A stretch of 63,539 nt of DNA, counting the filler, from Reticulomyxa filosa (taxonomy: Eukaryota; Protista; Foraminifera), in NCBI GenBank assembly GCA_000512085.1. It is 14 parts of 14 records of this genome, joined end to end, with 100 filler letters (N's around TTAATTAATTAA, not from the genome) between each part and the next. Parts side by side here need not be neighbours in the genome. Positions count along the whole stretch, not along the records: positions 38,962 to 42,933 come from ASPP01027721.1; positions 43,034 to 47,640 come from ASPP01019743.1; positions 47,741 to 51,156 come from ASPP01010754.1; positions 51,257 to 58,932 come from ASPP01003136.1; 10 more parts are not named here. The stretch is one strand, 5' to 3'. The notes under the pieces were generated by a model that saw nothing but the letters and a program-made list of their open reading frames with translations, was not told where the DNA came from and ran no database searches. Numbering within the stretch: position 1 is the first letter of the stretch; each line of letters begins with the position of its first letter. Below are positions 38,962 through 52,696 of this stretch, one piece after another. Made by a program: the position numbers and the translations under genes.

Positions 38962-41283
38962 TTATGCAATTTTAGATCGTGCATTTCTTGAAGGAACTAA
39001 TTTTACTAACGCAAATTTAGATCATGTACGTTTTTACCAAGCTTGCTTAAACAAAGTTAATTTCACAAATGCATCAATGGACGATATTTACTTTGGAGAA
39101 TATGCATATTTGGAAGGGCACTCAAAGAGAGTAGACGGAATTAAATTTTCACCAGATGGAGCGAAGATAGTATCTTATTCACGTGATCACACTATGCGGA
39201 TATGGGATGTATCATTACGAAAACAGCTCCAAGTATTGAAAGGACATTCAGATGGAATAGTAACATTGCAATTTACACATGATGGTTCTGAAATTGTATC
39301 ATGCTCATGGGATGAAACTATTCGCATATGGGATGTATTGTCAGGTCAGCAAATTAAACTATTAAAAGAAAATTTGTCAAATATTTCTTCAGCATTATTT
39401 TCACCAGACTGTTCTAAAATTGCGGTATGTTCAAATGAAGAAACTTTCCAAATATTGGATGCATCATCTGGAGAGCAATTGCAATTATTGGTAGGACATT
39501 CTGATACTGTTCTTCCAGTGCATTTTTCTCCAGATTCTTCCAAAATTGTATCAGGTGCAGCAGATAAAAGTATACGAATATGGGACGTGTTATCTGGAAA
39601 ACAGCTCCAATTATTAGAAGGACATTTAGATAAAATAACTGGAGTGCAATTTATATCCAATGGATCAAAGATTATATCACATTCAAAAGATAAAACTACC
39701 CGAATATGGGATGTATCATCAGGTCAACAAATTCAAATATTAGAAGGACATAAAGGTCAGGTATTTGGAATTGAATTATCACCAGATAATACAAAGATAT
39801 TATCATTTTCAACTGATTCTACTATTCGATTATGGGATCAATTCTCTGGAAAACAAATTCATGTATTAGAAGGACATTCACGTTGGGTAGAACAAGCAAA
39901 ATTTTCGACAGATGGCTCCAAAATTGTATCTAGTTCAACCGATAATACAATTCGAGTATGGGATGTTTCATCAGGAAAACAAATTCAAATATTAGAAGAA
40001 GAATCATATGGTGTAAGATTTTTTCCAAAAGAATCTAAAATTTTATCATTTTCACCAGATGGAACTATTCGAATATGGGATGTAGTTGTAGAAAGAAAAG
40101 TTCATTTAATAGAAGAATTTTTAGATATGATAACAGGAATACAATGTTCTCCTGATGGTTCTAAAATTATATCATGTTCAAAAGATAACAAAATTAAATT
40201 GTGGGATGTACAATCAAGAAAACAGATTCAAATATTTGAAGGTCATTTAAAACATATAAATGGAATACTGTTTTTTCCAGATGGCTCTAAAGTTATATCA
40301 TATTCAGATGATAATACAATTCGAATATGGGATGTGTTATCAGGAAAGCAACTCCAATTATTGGAAGGACATTCAAGACGAGTGATAAAAGTGCAATTTT
40401 CACCAGATGGTTCCAAGCTTGTATCGTGTTCGAATGACAAAACCATTCGAATATGGGACATGTTCTCAGGAAAACAAACCCAATTATTAATTGGACATAC
40501 AACAGATATAAATGAAATACAATTTTCACCAGATGAATCTAAAATTGTGTCTTGTTCTAATGATTATACAGTTCGATTGTGGGATGTGTTATCCGGAAAA
40601 CAGCTGCAAGTATTTGAAGGACACTCAGATAATGTAACAGGAGTGCAATTTTCATCAGACGGATCTAAAATTATATCATGCTCAAGTGATAAGACACTTC
40701 GAATATGGGATGTATTATCTGAGAATAAATTTGTATTATTTGAAAGACATAAAAATGATTTAAATAATGTACGATTTTCTCCAGATGGTACTAAAATTAT
40801 ATCATGTCCGGGTGATAAAACAATCCGGTTATGGAATGTATTGACTGAAAAGCAAGTGCATACATTTGAAGGACACGCCAATGAGGTGACAAGAGCACAA
40901 TTTTCATCAGATGGTTCTAAAATTATTTCATATTCAAAAGCAAAACTATTCGAATATGGGATGTATCCTCAGGAAAGCAAATTCAAGTATTAGAAGGACA
41001 TACTGGATTTATTGATGGTATTCACTTATCATCTGATGGTTCAAAACTAGTGTCATATTCACGAGATAAAACAATTCGATTGTGGGGCTGTGATAATTGT
41101 AAAATTATTGACGTAACTGAGACAAGTTTGGTGAAATGTATTTGGAGAGTAGGTATTCAAGGTGGTTTATTTTTGAAAGACAGTATTTGGAAGGATACAA
41201 AGGGCTTGAAAGATGAACAAAAATTACTTGTGAAACAACGTGGTGGAATATTTCGAACTTTTTTCAGTTTCTTGCGTGGATGA
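38962..41283 (+). CDS. Pentapeptide-repeat + ~15 WD40-repeat protein (C-terminal part, probably of a NACHT/STAND protein); frameshift at ~40940
   Basis: LDRAFLEGTNFTNANLDHVRFYQACLNKVNFTNASM precedes homogeneous repeats of GHxxxVxxVxFSPDGSKIVSCSxDKTIRIWD. The last repeat continues in a second frame to 41283. Confidence 0.92.
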
Positions 41284-41617
41284 ATAAAATTCATACAGAC
41301 ACATTTTTTTTAATTGGAAAATGTATACACATATGAAATTTTCATTTGTGAATGAGAGAATTTTAGAACAAAGGTCCCTTTATTTCATTTAAAAGAAATA
41401 CTATTTTGTGCAAACTCATGTTAAATCCGTTACTGCCATTTTAAGTGTAACAGTATATTTGCGTTACTGACACTAAACCACATACTCAAAAAAATAAATT
41501 AAAAAAACTTTCTTTTTTTGTACTCGAAAGAGCATTTTATGTGTGACGCGATTCCTTCGCTTGTTTGGGCCAAGTCGATTATTTTTTGGTCTTAGTTTGT
41601 TTATCAGTACTAGTTTA

Positions 41618-42872
41618 TCATCCCCAAATCTCAATTGAACCGCCCCAAACGGTTGCTGCAATTGTTTTGCCATCGGGTGAAACATCCACATTATTTGCAT
41701 CACATATTAACTTCAATTTTTTATTTCCTGAATTCACGTCCCACAGATATATTGTATCATCATCTGACCAAGATATTAATGTTTGACCATCTCGAAAATA
41801 GGTTAATCCTTTTACAGTCCCTGCATGTCCTTTCAATACTCTTATCTCTTTTTCTGACGCTACATCCCATATTCGAACTGTGTTATCATCATTCACAGAG
41901 AATGCAACAAATGTACCATCTGGAGAAAAAGTGTTACAACCTACATCATCAAAATGTACTTTAAATTCTTTCAATTTTTCTCCTGATGTTATATTCCATG
42001 TGTTAATTGTGTTATCATCAAATGTCGATACAATTATTTGATCATCAAGTAAATATGGCACGCTCAATACAACATTTGAATGACATACCAATTTTTGAAT
42101 TTCTTTTTTGTCATTTACATCCCACAGACGTAGTGTTCCATCAGCTGAAGATGATACAATATATTTACCATCTAGAGAAACGTTTATATCAAATACACTA
42201 TGTAAATGCCCTTTCAATGTCTTTATCCTTGTTCCTGAATTCACATCCCACAATTGAATTATCTTGTTGCTGGAACATGTCACAATTGTATTTCCATCTG
42301 GTAAAAATACTGCAGCATTGATCCGACTATAAGGTTCTGTGAGTTTATAAAGCTGTTTTTCGGTCTCAATATCCCATATTTGAATTATCTTGTCCCCTAC
42401 TGCGACAATCTTGCGGTTATCTCCTGAAAATTTTACACCGGTTATTATATGCTGACCTCCTCGTAAAACCTTCAATAATCGAAAAGGTTTGGCCTACATT
42501 AAAATACTGATAGTTGGACAGTTAGCAACAAAAAGTGTATGACAAAAAGACAAATTGCATACATATTTAATGATAATTTTGTAAAAATCGTCGATCCATC
42601 CAAATTGAATATTCATAATTCGAAGCCAATTCTGAATAATGGCTGTTACCTCTTTTGCGAACTAGTTTTTCACATATAATCAAATTCATTTGTATGTTGA
42701 AATACAAAAACAGACAAATTTCTGAAGTTTACTATCATCTCTTGTTGGTAATGGCAATATTTAGCCTCTTTTGATTTTTTACTGCTAATAATAAATCAAT
42801 CTCTGATAATATATAAAAAACTCTGAACTTGTGCGTTCCTTTTTTTTAATAAAAATTGTTAGAAATGGTCAT
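41618..42872 (-). CDS. WD40-repeat protein of a lineage-expanded family
   Basis: Upstream exon AIIQNWLRIMNIQFGWIDDFYKIIIKY, then 7 WD repeats ending IEIWG*. The 5' end is approximate. Confidence 0.9.
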
Positions 42873-43033
42873 CTGTATCATTTCCAATGATATAGATATT
42901 CATTGTTTCATTTCTTATGGAAGATTTTTTTTANNNNNNNNNNNNNNNNNNNNNNNNNNNNNNNNNNNNNNNNNNNNTTAATTAATTAANNNNNNNNNNN
43001 NNNNNNNNNNNNNNNNNNNNNNNNNNNNNNNNN

Positions 43034-46000
43034 AATGATTAACGACAAGGCCCACCAATGTCGATCGATCCCTCTCTCTCTCACCGCAAAACTGGACATA
43101 TTCCACCAATTGTTGACCCGAGCTGCTTCGGAAGGTGCTGTAGCGAGTATTTTTCAGTTGCGAAAACAATTGTCCAGTTGGATCATTTTTCGCTTCATGG
43201 GCCTTTGCAACTTTGATACGGTTGATGGTGATGCGAGGTTGGTTTTGTTGGTTGAACGAATACGAGCTTGCCAACAGCTGATTTTTTTGTGCTCATTCAA
43301 CGTATGGATTTGGGCAGATCAACGGACAATTATTTTGGATCTTTTTTGCTGTCGTCTCTAATCATTGGAATTGTTGCCGCGATTAGTCGGGGATGTTTGA
43401 TTACGTGTCAAGGCAGTTATAAAAAGGAAGCAGCAAACGACGCCAAAGAAGTGTTGCCTCTTGCATTTTCATCGTCATCGAAAAATAATGTCACAGCAAT
43501 GCTTTCGAAAACGAGTGCCAATGTCATGTCTCTTGTCTTGTTGTCTTCAAAGGTAGCATTGATTTGCAATGCATGTAGCAATACGAGCAATTGCTTGTGC
43601 TGCTTTACGGTCGCTGGATGTTCCAAGCTATGCAATAACTGGAGCAATACAATGTCCAAATTGGCGATGCAGCATTGACAAAGACCAATGAGCTGTAAAT
43701 TGAGCCTTTCAATACTTCCGATTCTACAATCTATAATTCGGAAATCGCTGCTCAAGTCCATGATAATGAAAACCACTTCCGAAGGTGGACATCCATTGTA
43801 CCAATTGACTCAATGACTTTGCATACACATTGAATTTGGCCATCAATTTCTTTTTGTTTGGATCTTGATAAATCGAGACAACTCTGAGATCCATATTGGT
43901 GAGAGATGAATCAGATCCAACCACGAGTTTCAACTTTTCTGTTCCAGGTCATTCAAAAGGCACCGCTTTGATTTGTGCTTCGTCGTCAATGTTACCACGT
44001 CCATAGTTGTAGTCATAGCCCACGCTAGTGCATTGTCCATGGACTGGCACAGGTACGCGTTTCAATGTCGAGCCATCTTCGTGGCCTCCGGTGTCGTCAT
44101 TGTGTTTGTTCAATGTTTTTCGGAACAATTGATTATTCAAACACAAATTTCTCAGAATCGACTGGGAACAACTCATCAACATGTGCAAATAAAACTTTTC
44201 TCGATCCGGTTTGGTTTGTTCATCTCGTAGACAACGCACCAATTGGCCCCTGTTATGTCTACTGTCTTCATTGATTTGACTGGGGTCCAGTTCGGTCGCA
44301 GTGTATGGACGTATAAGGATAAGCACATGGCAAGATTTTCAAATTCTTTGGGTGTGACAATAACGCACGACGCATGGCATGAACGCGAATGGCATATGTT
44401 CGGTGCCAACACGTGGAACAACAAGTCGTAGGTCGGTTGATAGGTCACGACATTGAACTATTCTTTCGTGGCTGCATTGGGCTCATTGTTGTTAAATTCT
44501 TTAACTTGGGTGAGAGGACAAAAACCGGCCAAGTTTGAGCCACACACCCAATATTCGCTAGTCGATGATCCTTGGCTTTGTGAATCGGTGGACAAAATTA
44601 CGTAATGTGTCATCTTGGAAATCTTTCCACTTTTTCTTCAAATTCCACTTGTTTGGAGATTGCACTTGATCACTTATCTTGGTCCAATTCTTCTAATGTT
44701 ACCATCTTCAATTGGTCAGCAGAAACTGTTTTAGATCGTTCTTGTTCTTTCAATTTGCGCTCTTTTTCTTTCTCTTCTTTCGATTCCATGGTTTGGACAA
44801 GCCATTCTTTGCTGGCTTTGATACATGCATTTGCCGCTTCCACCGTCATGTTTCATTCTTTTTTCAATGCTCGTTCAGCTAACGCTTTGGTATGGCCTTT
44901 GGTCGAAACTAACTCTTGAGTCATCATTTGATGATTCAAAATCTTTGGATGGTTGTTTTCTTTAACATCCAACACGAGACGCAGCGCTTCTCCGGCCATT
45001 TGAGGAAATTAAGTTTTTCACTGCTTCAATGTCATCCAACTCGCTCTTTTCCAACTTTTCTTTGTTCTACTTTAATTCCACGACTTCCAGCTGCTACCTA
45101 TATTATTTCAACAAAAAACAACTAATTATTTTTTTAATAACAAAATAAATTAAAACATTTAAAAAAAAATTTTTCAGTTTAGACAATCCTTTCATTTCCC
45201 ACTCACAGATAAAAAACAAACAAAGTTAGGATTAAAAAGGGGTTTGAGTAGATTTTCATCATAAAATATAAAAATAAAAAAACAGGATTCGTAACGCACT
45301 TGGCAATGGAATTTTTGAACGCCAAAATGTAAACACCTGCACATTTGCTTGCCAACAAAGTGCAACTCTTGGTCAAGTCCAAGATCCATGGCAGTTCATA
45401 GCGCACCTCTTCCGTGGTTGCTGATACGGTCACTTTGAATCCCCACGCATTGGATTGGTAGCCACTGTTGAATAAAATGCACACCGTGTATCCGCTGACA
45501 ATGGTTGGTCTCTGTTTGGCGTGGTAATAAAGTTGGCCCCTTCAATTGGCTCTTGTTGGTTCGGACGACGATACAACGTTAACGACACATCAGGGGTGCT
45601 GGAGTTAAATGTTTGTGGATCAATGATCAACTTCATGCTCTTTGCGCCAGTGACCGAGACGTCTTTTCTGTTTTGCTTCGTTGGACCGGGTGAGGACTTT
45701 CCGCAACGGTCGTGCGATCAATCATTATACGATCGTACTTGCCAAGGACAAAATCTCGTTCGGAAACTAAAATGCTAGGCAAATCACGCATTAGCGAGTT
45801 CAAGGTAATCAATAGACGATAAATGTGATTGATCTCGCTCGCCAGCCATTCTCCACATTACATTGATCAAAGGTGGCAGCAATTCACCGAACTCGTTCCT
45901 CAAATATCTTCAACAACACAGCTTGCACGTTTAACTCCAATTTGGCCTTTTTGCTGTTTACAAATTCCATCACTCTTTGTCTTCTTTTCACTCGACTTTT

Positions 46001-47410
46001 CGGGACGTTCCGCGTTGCCTGTCGAGTCCCACTCACTGGCCAATTGTTCTCGCATGTCTTGATGGAGTGAGTTCATGAGCGAGTCGTATTGATTCTCAAG
46101 CATTTCCAACTCCTCCTCAGCGCATTGTTTTCATCACTTTCAACGATTTGATCCATAACGGTCCTGGCCTGTGCCAAAGTGGCTTCAAGATCTGCACTGT
46201 CGTCCACCTCTTTCTTTTTCTTATCGTGTTCAGGTTTTTTTTCGTCGTTTGTCTTGCTCGTCGACGCTGCTGATGCATCACTATATCCTTCCATTTCGTT
46301 ATGGCCAAAGTACACATGATTATTATTCGCCGTGGTATACGTGCCTTCTCCATTTCGCAAGACTTGTCCAATTTCGAGCATTGCGCCCGCCAGTTTGATT
46401 GTTTTGTCCACGGAGACAATGTTGGTACTGCGATAAATTTTATCTCCAATCACGCAAATGCTCGATTTTTCGTTGCCTCGACACTCGCGCACTTGTCCTG
46501 CGACAAAGCCTGGATCCGTATGGTTCAATCCCGTGCCAATTTTCGTTATACCCTTTTCGCTGTGGAAATACAAAAAGCTTTCATCTGCTCCTATCGATAT
46601 GCGTCGAGGCTTGCCTACTGCGGGCGCTACACTGACGCGCAACGTTTGATTACGTTGCGAAGGCAAGTCCAAACGCACTTCATGACGCATTCGACGCAAG
46701 CGAACCAACGAAGGTCGAATGCTCAAGCTCTGATCCACCGCAAAGCGAAATAGCAGCATGTATAACACCGACAGCAGCGTGTTCAACATGCCTCTCGTCA
46801 CTGATAGCATCAACAGCAATTCCAACGCCATCGTTCGAACGCGCAAATAGATAGCACTGTCATTCGCTATCGTGCACAACGTGGAATGCACACTGTCAAA
46901 CGAGTTTTCCGTATGCTTGGAATCGGCTGCTTCGATGATGTCTCCAACTCGCAAGTGTTCACTTTTTGCAACTGCGCTTTCAAGTAGATCAGAATTTTCA
47001 ACGCCAATTTCCGGTTCGATCGAGAGTTTTCTTCTGACATCGATAACATCATGTACACTCACGTACCTACCGCCACCTTCAACAATGAACGCCAAATCTT
47101 TTCGAATTGACCAAGGCCATACTTTTTTTTTAAAATAAAAAAATTAGGTGTAATAAGATAAGATAAAAATCGAAATATACATTTAGGGTATCACAGGATA
47201 TACCAAATATTATATTATGCGCAACAAAAAAAAAAAAATTTACCTTTTGCTTTGTACTCCTTTTGATATTCGCGCAATTTTGCTTAGCACCACACTACGT
47301 TTGTTGGTGAATGCTAAAAAGGATGAGTCAGTTGACAGTCCTATTGTACTCAGCTCTCGCGACAACCTGGATAAAATCAACTGGAAGTGCGACACGTCGC
47401 CTATGCTCCT
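43034..47410 (-). pseudogene. Internal fragment of a giant HECTD4/MYCBP2/ZZEF1-like protein, densely frameshifted (pseudogene or low-quality consensus)
   Basis: ADESFLYFHSEKGITKIGTGLNHT..G; CUB-like ESPHP...VTGAKSMKLIIDPQ...FNSGYQSNAWGFKVTV; UBA-like GHTKALAERAL..VEAA. Frames switch repeatedly. Confidence 0.6.
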
Positions 47411-47740
47411 ATTTTAACAACATAAACAAATTTTTGCACAATGAAAAAAAAGAGCTAAATCACAAGTCAGACGAAGAAGGTTAAAAATTGAAGAATCGTC
47501 AAAAAGTATCCGTCAAAGATTTTCATCATTTAAAAAAGATTAGACATACAATAAAACATACCCGAAAACTATGAAAGTATAACGCGTTATCAAAAAGACG
47601 CTTTCACTTTGGGTGAAGTTTAAAAAAAACTAAAAAATTTNNNNNNNNNNNNNNNNNNNNNNNNNNNNNNNNNNNNNNNNNNNNTTAATTAATTAANNNN
47701 NNNNNNNNNNNNNNNNNNNNNNNNNNNNNNNNNNNNNNNN

Positions 47741-48010
47741 GTCTGCACCAAGTGGAGACACCACACCAAAACTGCAGGAGTGAGTCAATGTGTATTGTCT
47801 GCACCTGTGGAGACACCATAAAAAAAACTTGATAGACATTATATCATGATCTCTGGTCGGGGAGGTCATTAAACATGTCAACATTGGTCGGTAGTTGACT
47901 ATGTTTGTGAGATTAACCTTTGGTCGGAGGCTAATCTCGGTCGGGAGACTTGCATAATCCATTTACATTACATTTGATTTCACCAAGTCTTGGTATATTG
48001 AGGGGACAGA
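47741..48010 (-). mobile_element. Possible decayed non-LTR reverse-transcriptase fragment
   Basis: PKVNLTNIVNYRPMLTCL resembles the LINE RT motif K......NYRPI. Confidence 0.35.
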
Positions 48011-49549
48011 AAGAGCACTTCATTTGAATTCTATGTACATTCCTCCTCGTAAAAATAGCTCTTTCTGCGCCTTGCAAAGGAATCCCTCCACTCACTCCTT
48101 TCTATATTCTCTTCTATCTTCCTTCGTTTCTTTTTATCTTTTTTTTTATACTTTTATTTTCATTTTCATTATTTCCACTAACACAATACGTTTATCAATT
48201 CTGTCTACTGATTCTCCGTATATCGAGCGAGCACCTAGTTATTCGACTATTACTCTACGTTCACCTGCGTTGTCGACATACTTGCGCTATTTGACTTCAC
48301 ATTATCAATATTCAATATAAAAAGACTATTGCACAAGAAAAAGACATTTATGTTTACTTTCTTTTTGTTATATTTATTTTTTTATTGTTATTAAACATAC
48401 CATTGTGTTTAGGAGTTATTTGTTGAGCATGTAAGTTGTATTGTGTGTGGTAGTTTTTATATTTGATGCGACCATCCACATGCAATTCACAAAGTTTCTT
48501 TTGTTGTTATTGTTATTAGAATATTGAGTGTGCATATTGAAGTGTCAGTCTTAAATGTACTTACAACTCATTAGAGTCAATTATTTGTACATGTTTTTTA
48601 AAATACATGCACTGTATACTTTAAGATTGTGGCTTCTGTTAGTGGTTTGTGCAACTAATTTACAGTCGAAGTTGCCAAATTTTAAATAAAAATAAAATTT
48701 ATTCAATGTGCTTGCTACTTCATTGAATATAAATTGTTTTGATTCTTTTACTATCCGTAAAATCGAATGTTCATTAACAGCTTCGCATTGTTCGTTTTCT
48801 TCCAATAAAAAGGCGCAGAAACTATACATTGTTAAACAAACCAAAATAAAAAGCAAAACCAAGTTATGAAAATTTCTTTTTTTGAAACAGTAAATAGTAA
48901 CATTTTCATATGCACTTTTTTTTGTGTTTGCATAGTTATTCTACTACTGGCGCTAATTACAGCCCACAAACTTTTTTTAATTATGGTAATAACTGTTCAC
49001 AATTCCATATATTCAGCAATTGTAATGTAGTCTTCTTCAGTCTTATGTTTTTCTCTTTCTTTGCAGGACTAGCAATACCATGTTTCGGCCTTGATGAAAC
49101 TTGCTTATTGGGGCATATAAAATTTATAAACTTCAATATTGATAATACCTTGTGTATATAGTCAAATCAAAAATAAATGTTGTCATCCACACCAACATAT
49201 GTCAAATGAGAAAATAATATAGTCCATTTCAGTATAATCAAACATTAATAAATCTCATACAATTTATTTGCATATATAATTACTTTATTTATTACTTCGT
49301 AATCTGATCATCAATTTCAATATCTTAGTTTATTTTTAGCGCATAACATATATAACAATTATCACAACTTATATCCGGAGACTTTTTATGATTGTATGTA
49401 GTAGAAAGGACATCACATGAAAAAGACATATATCTTCAAGAAAAATCTGTAAATGATCTGGTCTTGGCTAATAGAAAATCTATTATGTAATGTATTTTTT
49501 TTATAGCAAAACTTGGCACACAACTAATTTTATTGTTTCTACATATTCG

Positions 49550-50138
49550 TCCATTCAAATGAGGTAATTCCACACATTTGCAAATTAGGCAAATCTATTC
49601 CAATTTAAACAGCAGATGCATTGTATATTTGTTAGAACTTACAATAAGTATACCTTTTATACCACAAGCGAACAAATATGTATATACATATGTGTACATA
49701 CATATATGTATATACATATATTAATCAACACCCAAATTTTTGGTTGCGCATGTGTGTTGTCAAGTGATAGAAACGCAACTGTTTTGGTGGCCAATGACAA
49801 ATGATAGACATATGAATCATTCAAGTGCTGATGTAAATCACTAGAATTTTCACATTTGACAGAACAGCTTTAAGTGCGATATAAACATTTGCAATAACGT
49901 GCAGAATTAGCATTTAAATGTTTCTCCAATTGCAAAAATGTGCCTTCCCATTCATATTTGCAGTCATTTTCTCTATATATTTATTTATTTATATACATAA
50001 GTCGTGTTTAAATGAATACTAGTATCGTTTGTATGATATATTTTCTTCAAACTGTAATGGCTTATTCAGAGGACACTCAATTGCTTGCTTTTCAATCTTT
50101 TTACGGGCTTGCTGAATCGCTGCATCATTTCGACTCAT
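49550..50138 (-). pseudogene. TRAF-type zinc-finger gene remnant with an in-frame stop
   Basis: Spliced translation IECPLN...CKYEWEGTFLQLEKHLN...CLYRT*SCSVKC...LHQHLNDSYVYHLSLA; TAA at 49870-49872. Confidence 0.6.
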
Positions 50139-51256
50139 AGACAATATTATTTTTCGTTTTTTATTAAAAAAAGCAGTTGATGTGCTTTTTGACATGTACA
50201 TGACTGAGCTAACGAAAGTTCCTTTTTTTTTACTTTTTTTTGTTTTGAAAACTATTTGCAGTACAAAAACAACAGTATCACATAGAACTCAACAGCAAAA
50301 ACTCAATAGCAGAAATGGACAAAAATTATTCCTTGAAAACAAGTTGTTATAGCAAGACATTCCTTTTTCCCTACGTTTATAAATGGAGTTCAATTAATTC
50401 TTCAAAAATCACTTTCAATATGCGCAAATGAAGCTTTGTCGTTAGCATGACAAGGCAAAGATTACACTAGAATGTTATTTCCTGATTATCTAAGAAGATC
50501 CTTCCAAAAATGATAAGCACTTCACAATCGTTATTTTAAAATAAGCAATTGCAACTCCTCACGAATTAGAATATTTTGCGCACATAAGATAATAATACAA
50601 GCCAGAATTGCATTTTCAAAAATTTATTTGAGATTAATTGCTTATTTGAATATAAATTTAAATAAAAAAATCAACATTAATATTATTCACTTAAATTAAT
50701 AATCAATTTATTTAATACAATTGTAATAAAAAAAACAAAAGAATGCCACGAATAACAAGATCAGGAATCTTGATAATCCATAAATACACGATCAATACTA
50801 TTCCAAGCAAATCAAAGTGTAAAACGTTTGCCGAAAGAAAAACAAAAATTATAGACAATAAAGATTATGATGAACCTGATAACTCGGATGATTATACTCA
50901 GACGGCCGTTATTTTAGTAGTTGTTGTCATCGAGGATTGTGCCACCACAGCTATAGAATCAATTGGTGTTTGCACATCCTCTATAAGAAAATAAAATAAG
51001 CGTAGACCTTGCCAAATGGGGATGTCAAAGCATCCCAGTGCGGATCCAATACCTATTGACACAAAGCCATATGGCTATGTCAACAGATAAGCCGCACAAA
51101 ACTGGAGTCGTCATGCTTTTGTCCACATCAGTGGACTCTTTTCACTTGCAGGATGGNNNNNNNNNNNNNNNNNNNNNNNNNNNNNNNNNNNNNNNNNNNN
51201 TTAATTAATTAANNNNNNNNNNNNNNNNNNNNNNNNNNNNNNNNNNNNNNNNNNNN

Positions 51257-52050
51257 TGGTTTCCATGATCGATCCCCAATAATGAATTGTTTCATTGGCA
51301 TTATTGCAATTTGCATTGGTGGAATATTTGTTATTTTAAGTGAATCTGGTTCAACTGCCGGCATTCCAGCATCAGCTCATTGATGCATCCACTGGATAAT
51401 GTCGATAATTTACCAATCCATGAGATATAATTTAAATTAGTCTTTGGTCTTGATTCATTCCAAATCTTGTATGCCAACACAATATTATGACCATTGAATC
51501 ATCTGATACATTTGTGATACAGCTTCACATCTTCGTTGTAATTCAAGGATGAAGTTGTGAAATAACATTGATTGTCATAAGCAGTCTGGTTCATTACACC
51601 AAGAATTCTACACTATCATATGCTGCAGATATATCCAATAACACTGCATAAATCACTGAATTGAATCGAATGACTTGTGGATCGTCTCGATCAATCTTAA
51701 TAACAACTCATCTGTGTTATGTCATGATTGGAATCCTGCTTGTGTTTGATGCAATAATTGTTTGTCATTCAACCACCACATTAATTTCCTTCAACACTTG
51801 ATAACAATCGGTCTACTGACTATGTCTCTGTCAGTCTTAGGAATATGCACAATATTTGCCTTTTTCCATACAATAGGCAAATCCCATTCGGAAATTCCAT
51901 CCAAATAGAAATACCAATGATTCAATCATTGCATTGCCACCATTTGATTGTGGATGTTATCAGGACCTTGAGCTTTGTATTTAAACATTAACCAATTGTT
52001 GTGAAATTAATTACTCTTCGATGTGGATAGTCATTGTTGATTACATTAGC
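51257..52050 (-). mobile_element. Decayed LINE reverse-transcriptase fragment
   Basis: KAQGPDNIHNQM and WKKANIVHIPKTDRD motifs, interrupted by stops and frameshifts. Confidence 0.8.
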
Positions 52051-52696
52051 AATGCCCAATTATATTTTAAATCGTTGTTTTCGGATTGTTGAAGTTTCAT
52101 AAAATATTGATACTCAATCCACTTCTTTCAACAAATCAAAAATAAAAAATAAATTTAAACATTTATCAAAAGTGTTTGAATGTTGAATTTTGATTTTTAC
52201 TTATTTTAGCAAAGTAATTTAATTTTGTTCGCCATTCTTGATTCTTTCTGGATGATGTTAAATTGAGTTTATATATTCATCTCAGTATTGGTTACATTGA
52301 TCAATAGCCATTTATTAAATACATTCTTTTCATGTCAATAAAATATTGTATATTTGACTGAAGTGATTTTATATCACATTATTGAATCATAATCATTTAG
52401 TAAACATATGTCATTCGTCTGTTAATAAATGTTAAAGTTAGGTTATATATACAATACTAAAGATCAGTTGATTAATATTTAATCAAGATATCAAAAGATT
52501 TTTCCAATAATATGTTGTGTAGAATCATATATCGAATGTAAAAGAAAAATATTGTAAATGATGTGGTAATTCTAACTGACAAGGAAAAGAGTTACAAGTA
52601 GCAAATAAAAAGGATGTATTGCTATATATTTAAAATACTGTGCTATAAAATTTTCTGTTCTTTGACTATGCACTCATTATTTGGCACTCATGAATC

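Noticed and set aside
39346-40881. Antisense ORFs over the WD40 gene, and the many short overlapping ORFs in the track
   Set aside because: Shadow frames of repetitive or real coding sequence with no independent motifs.
44850-44862. In-frame TGA in the UBA-like segment, suggesting stop-codon reassignment or selenocysteine
   Set aside because: It can be explained by two compensating indels. TAA and TGA end intact genes normally elsewhere in the window.
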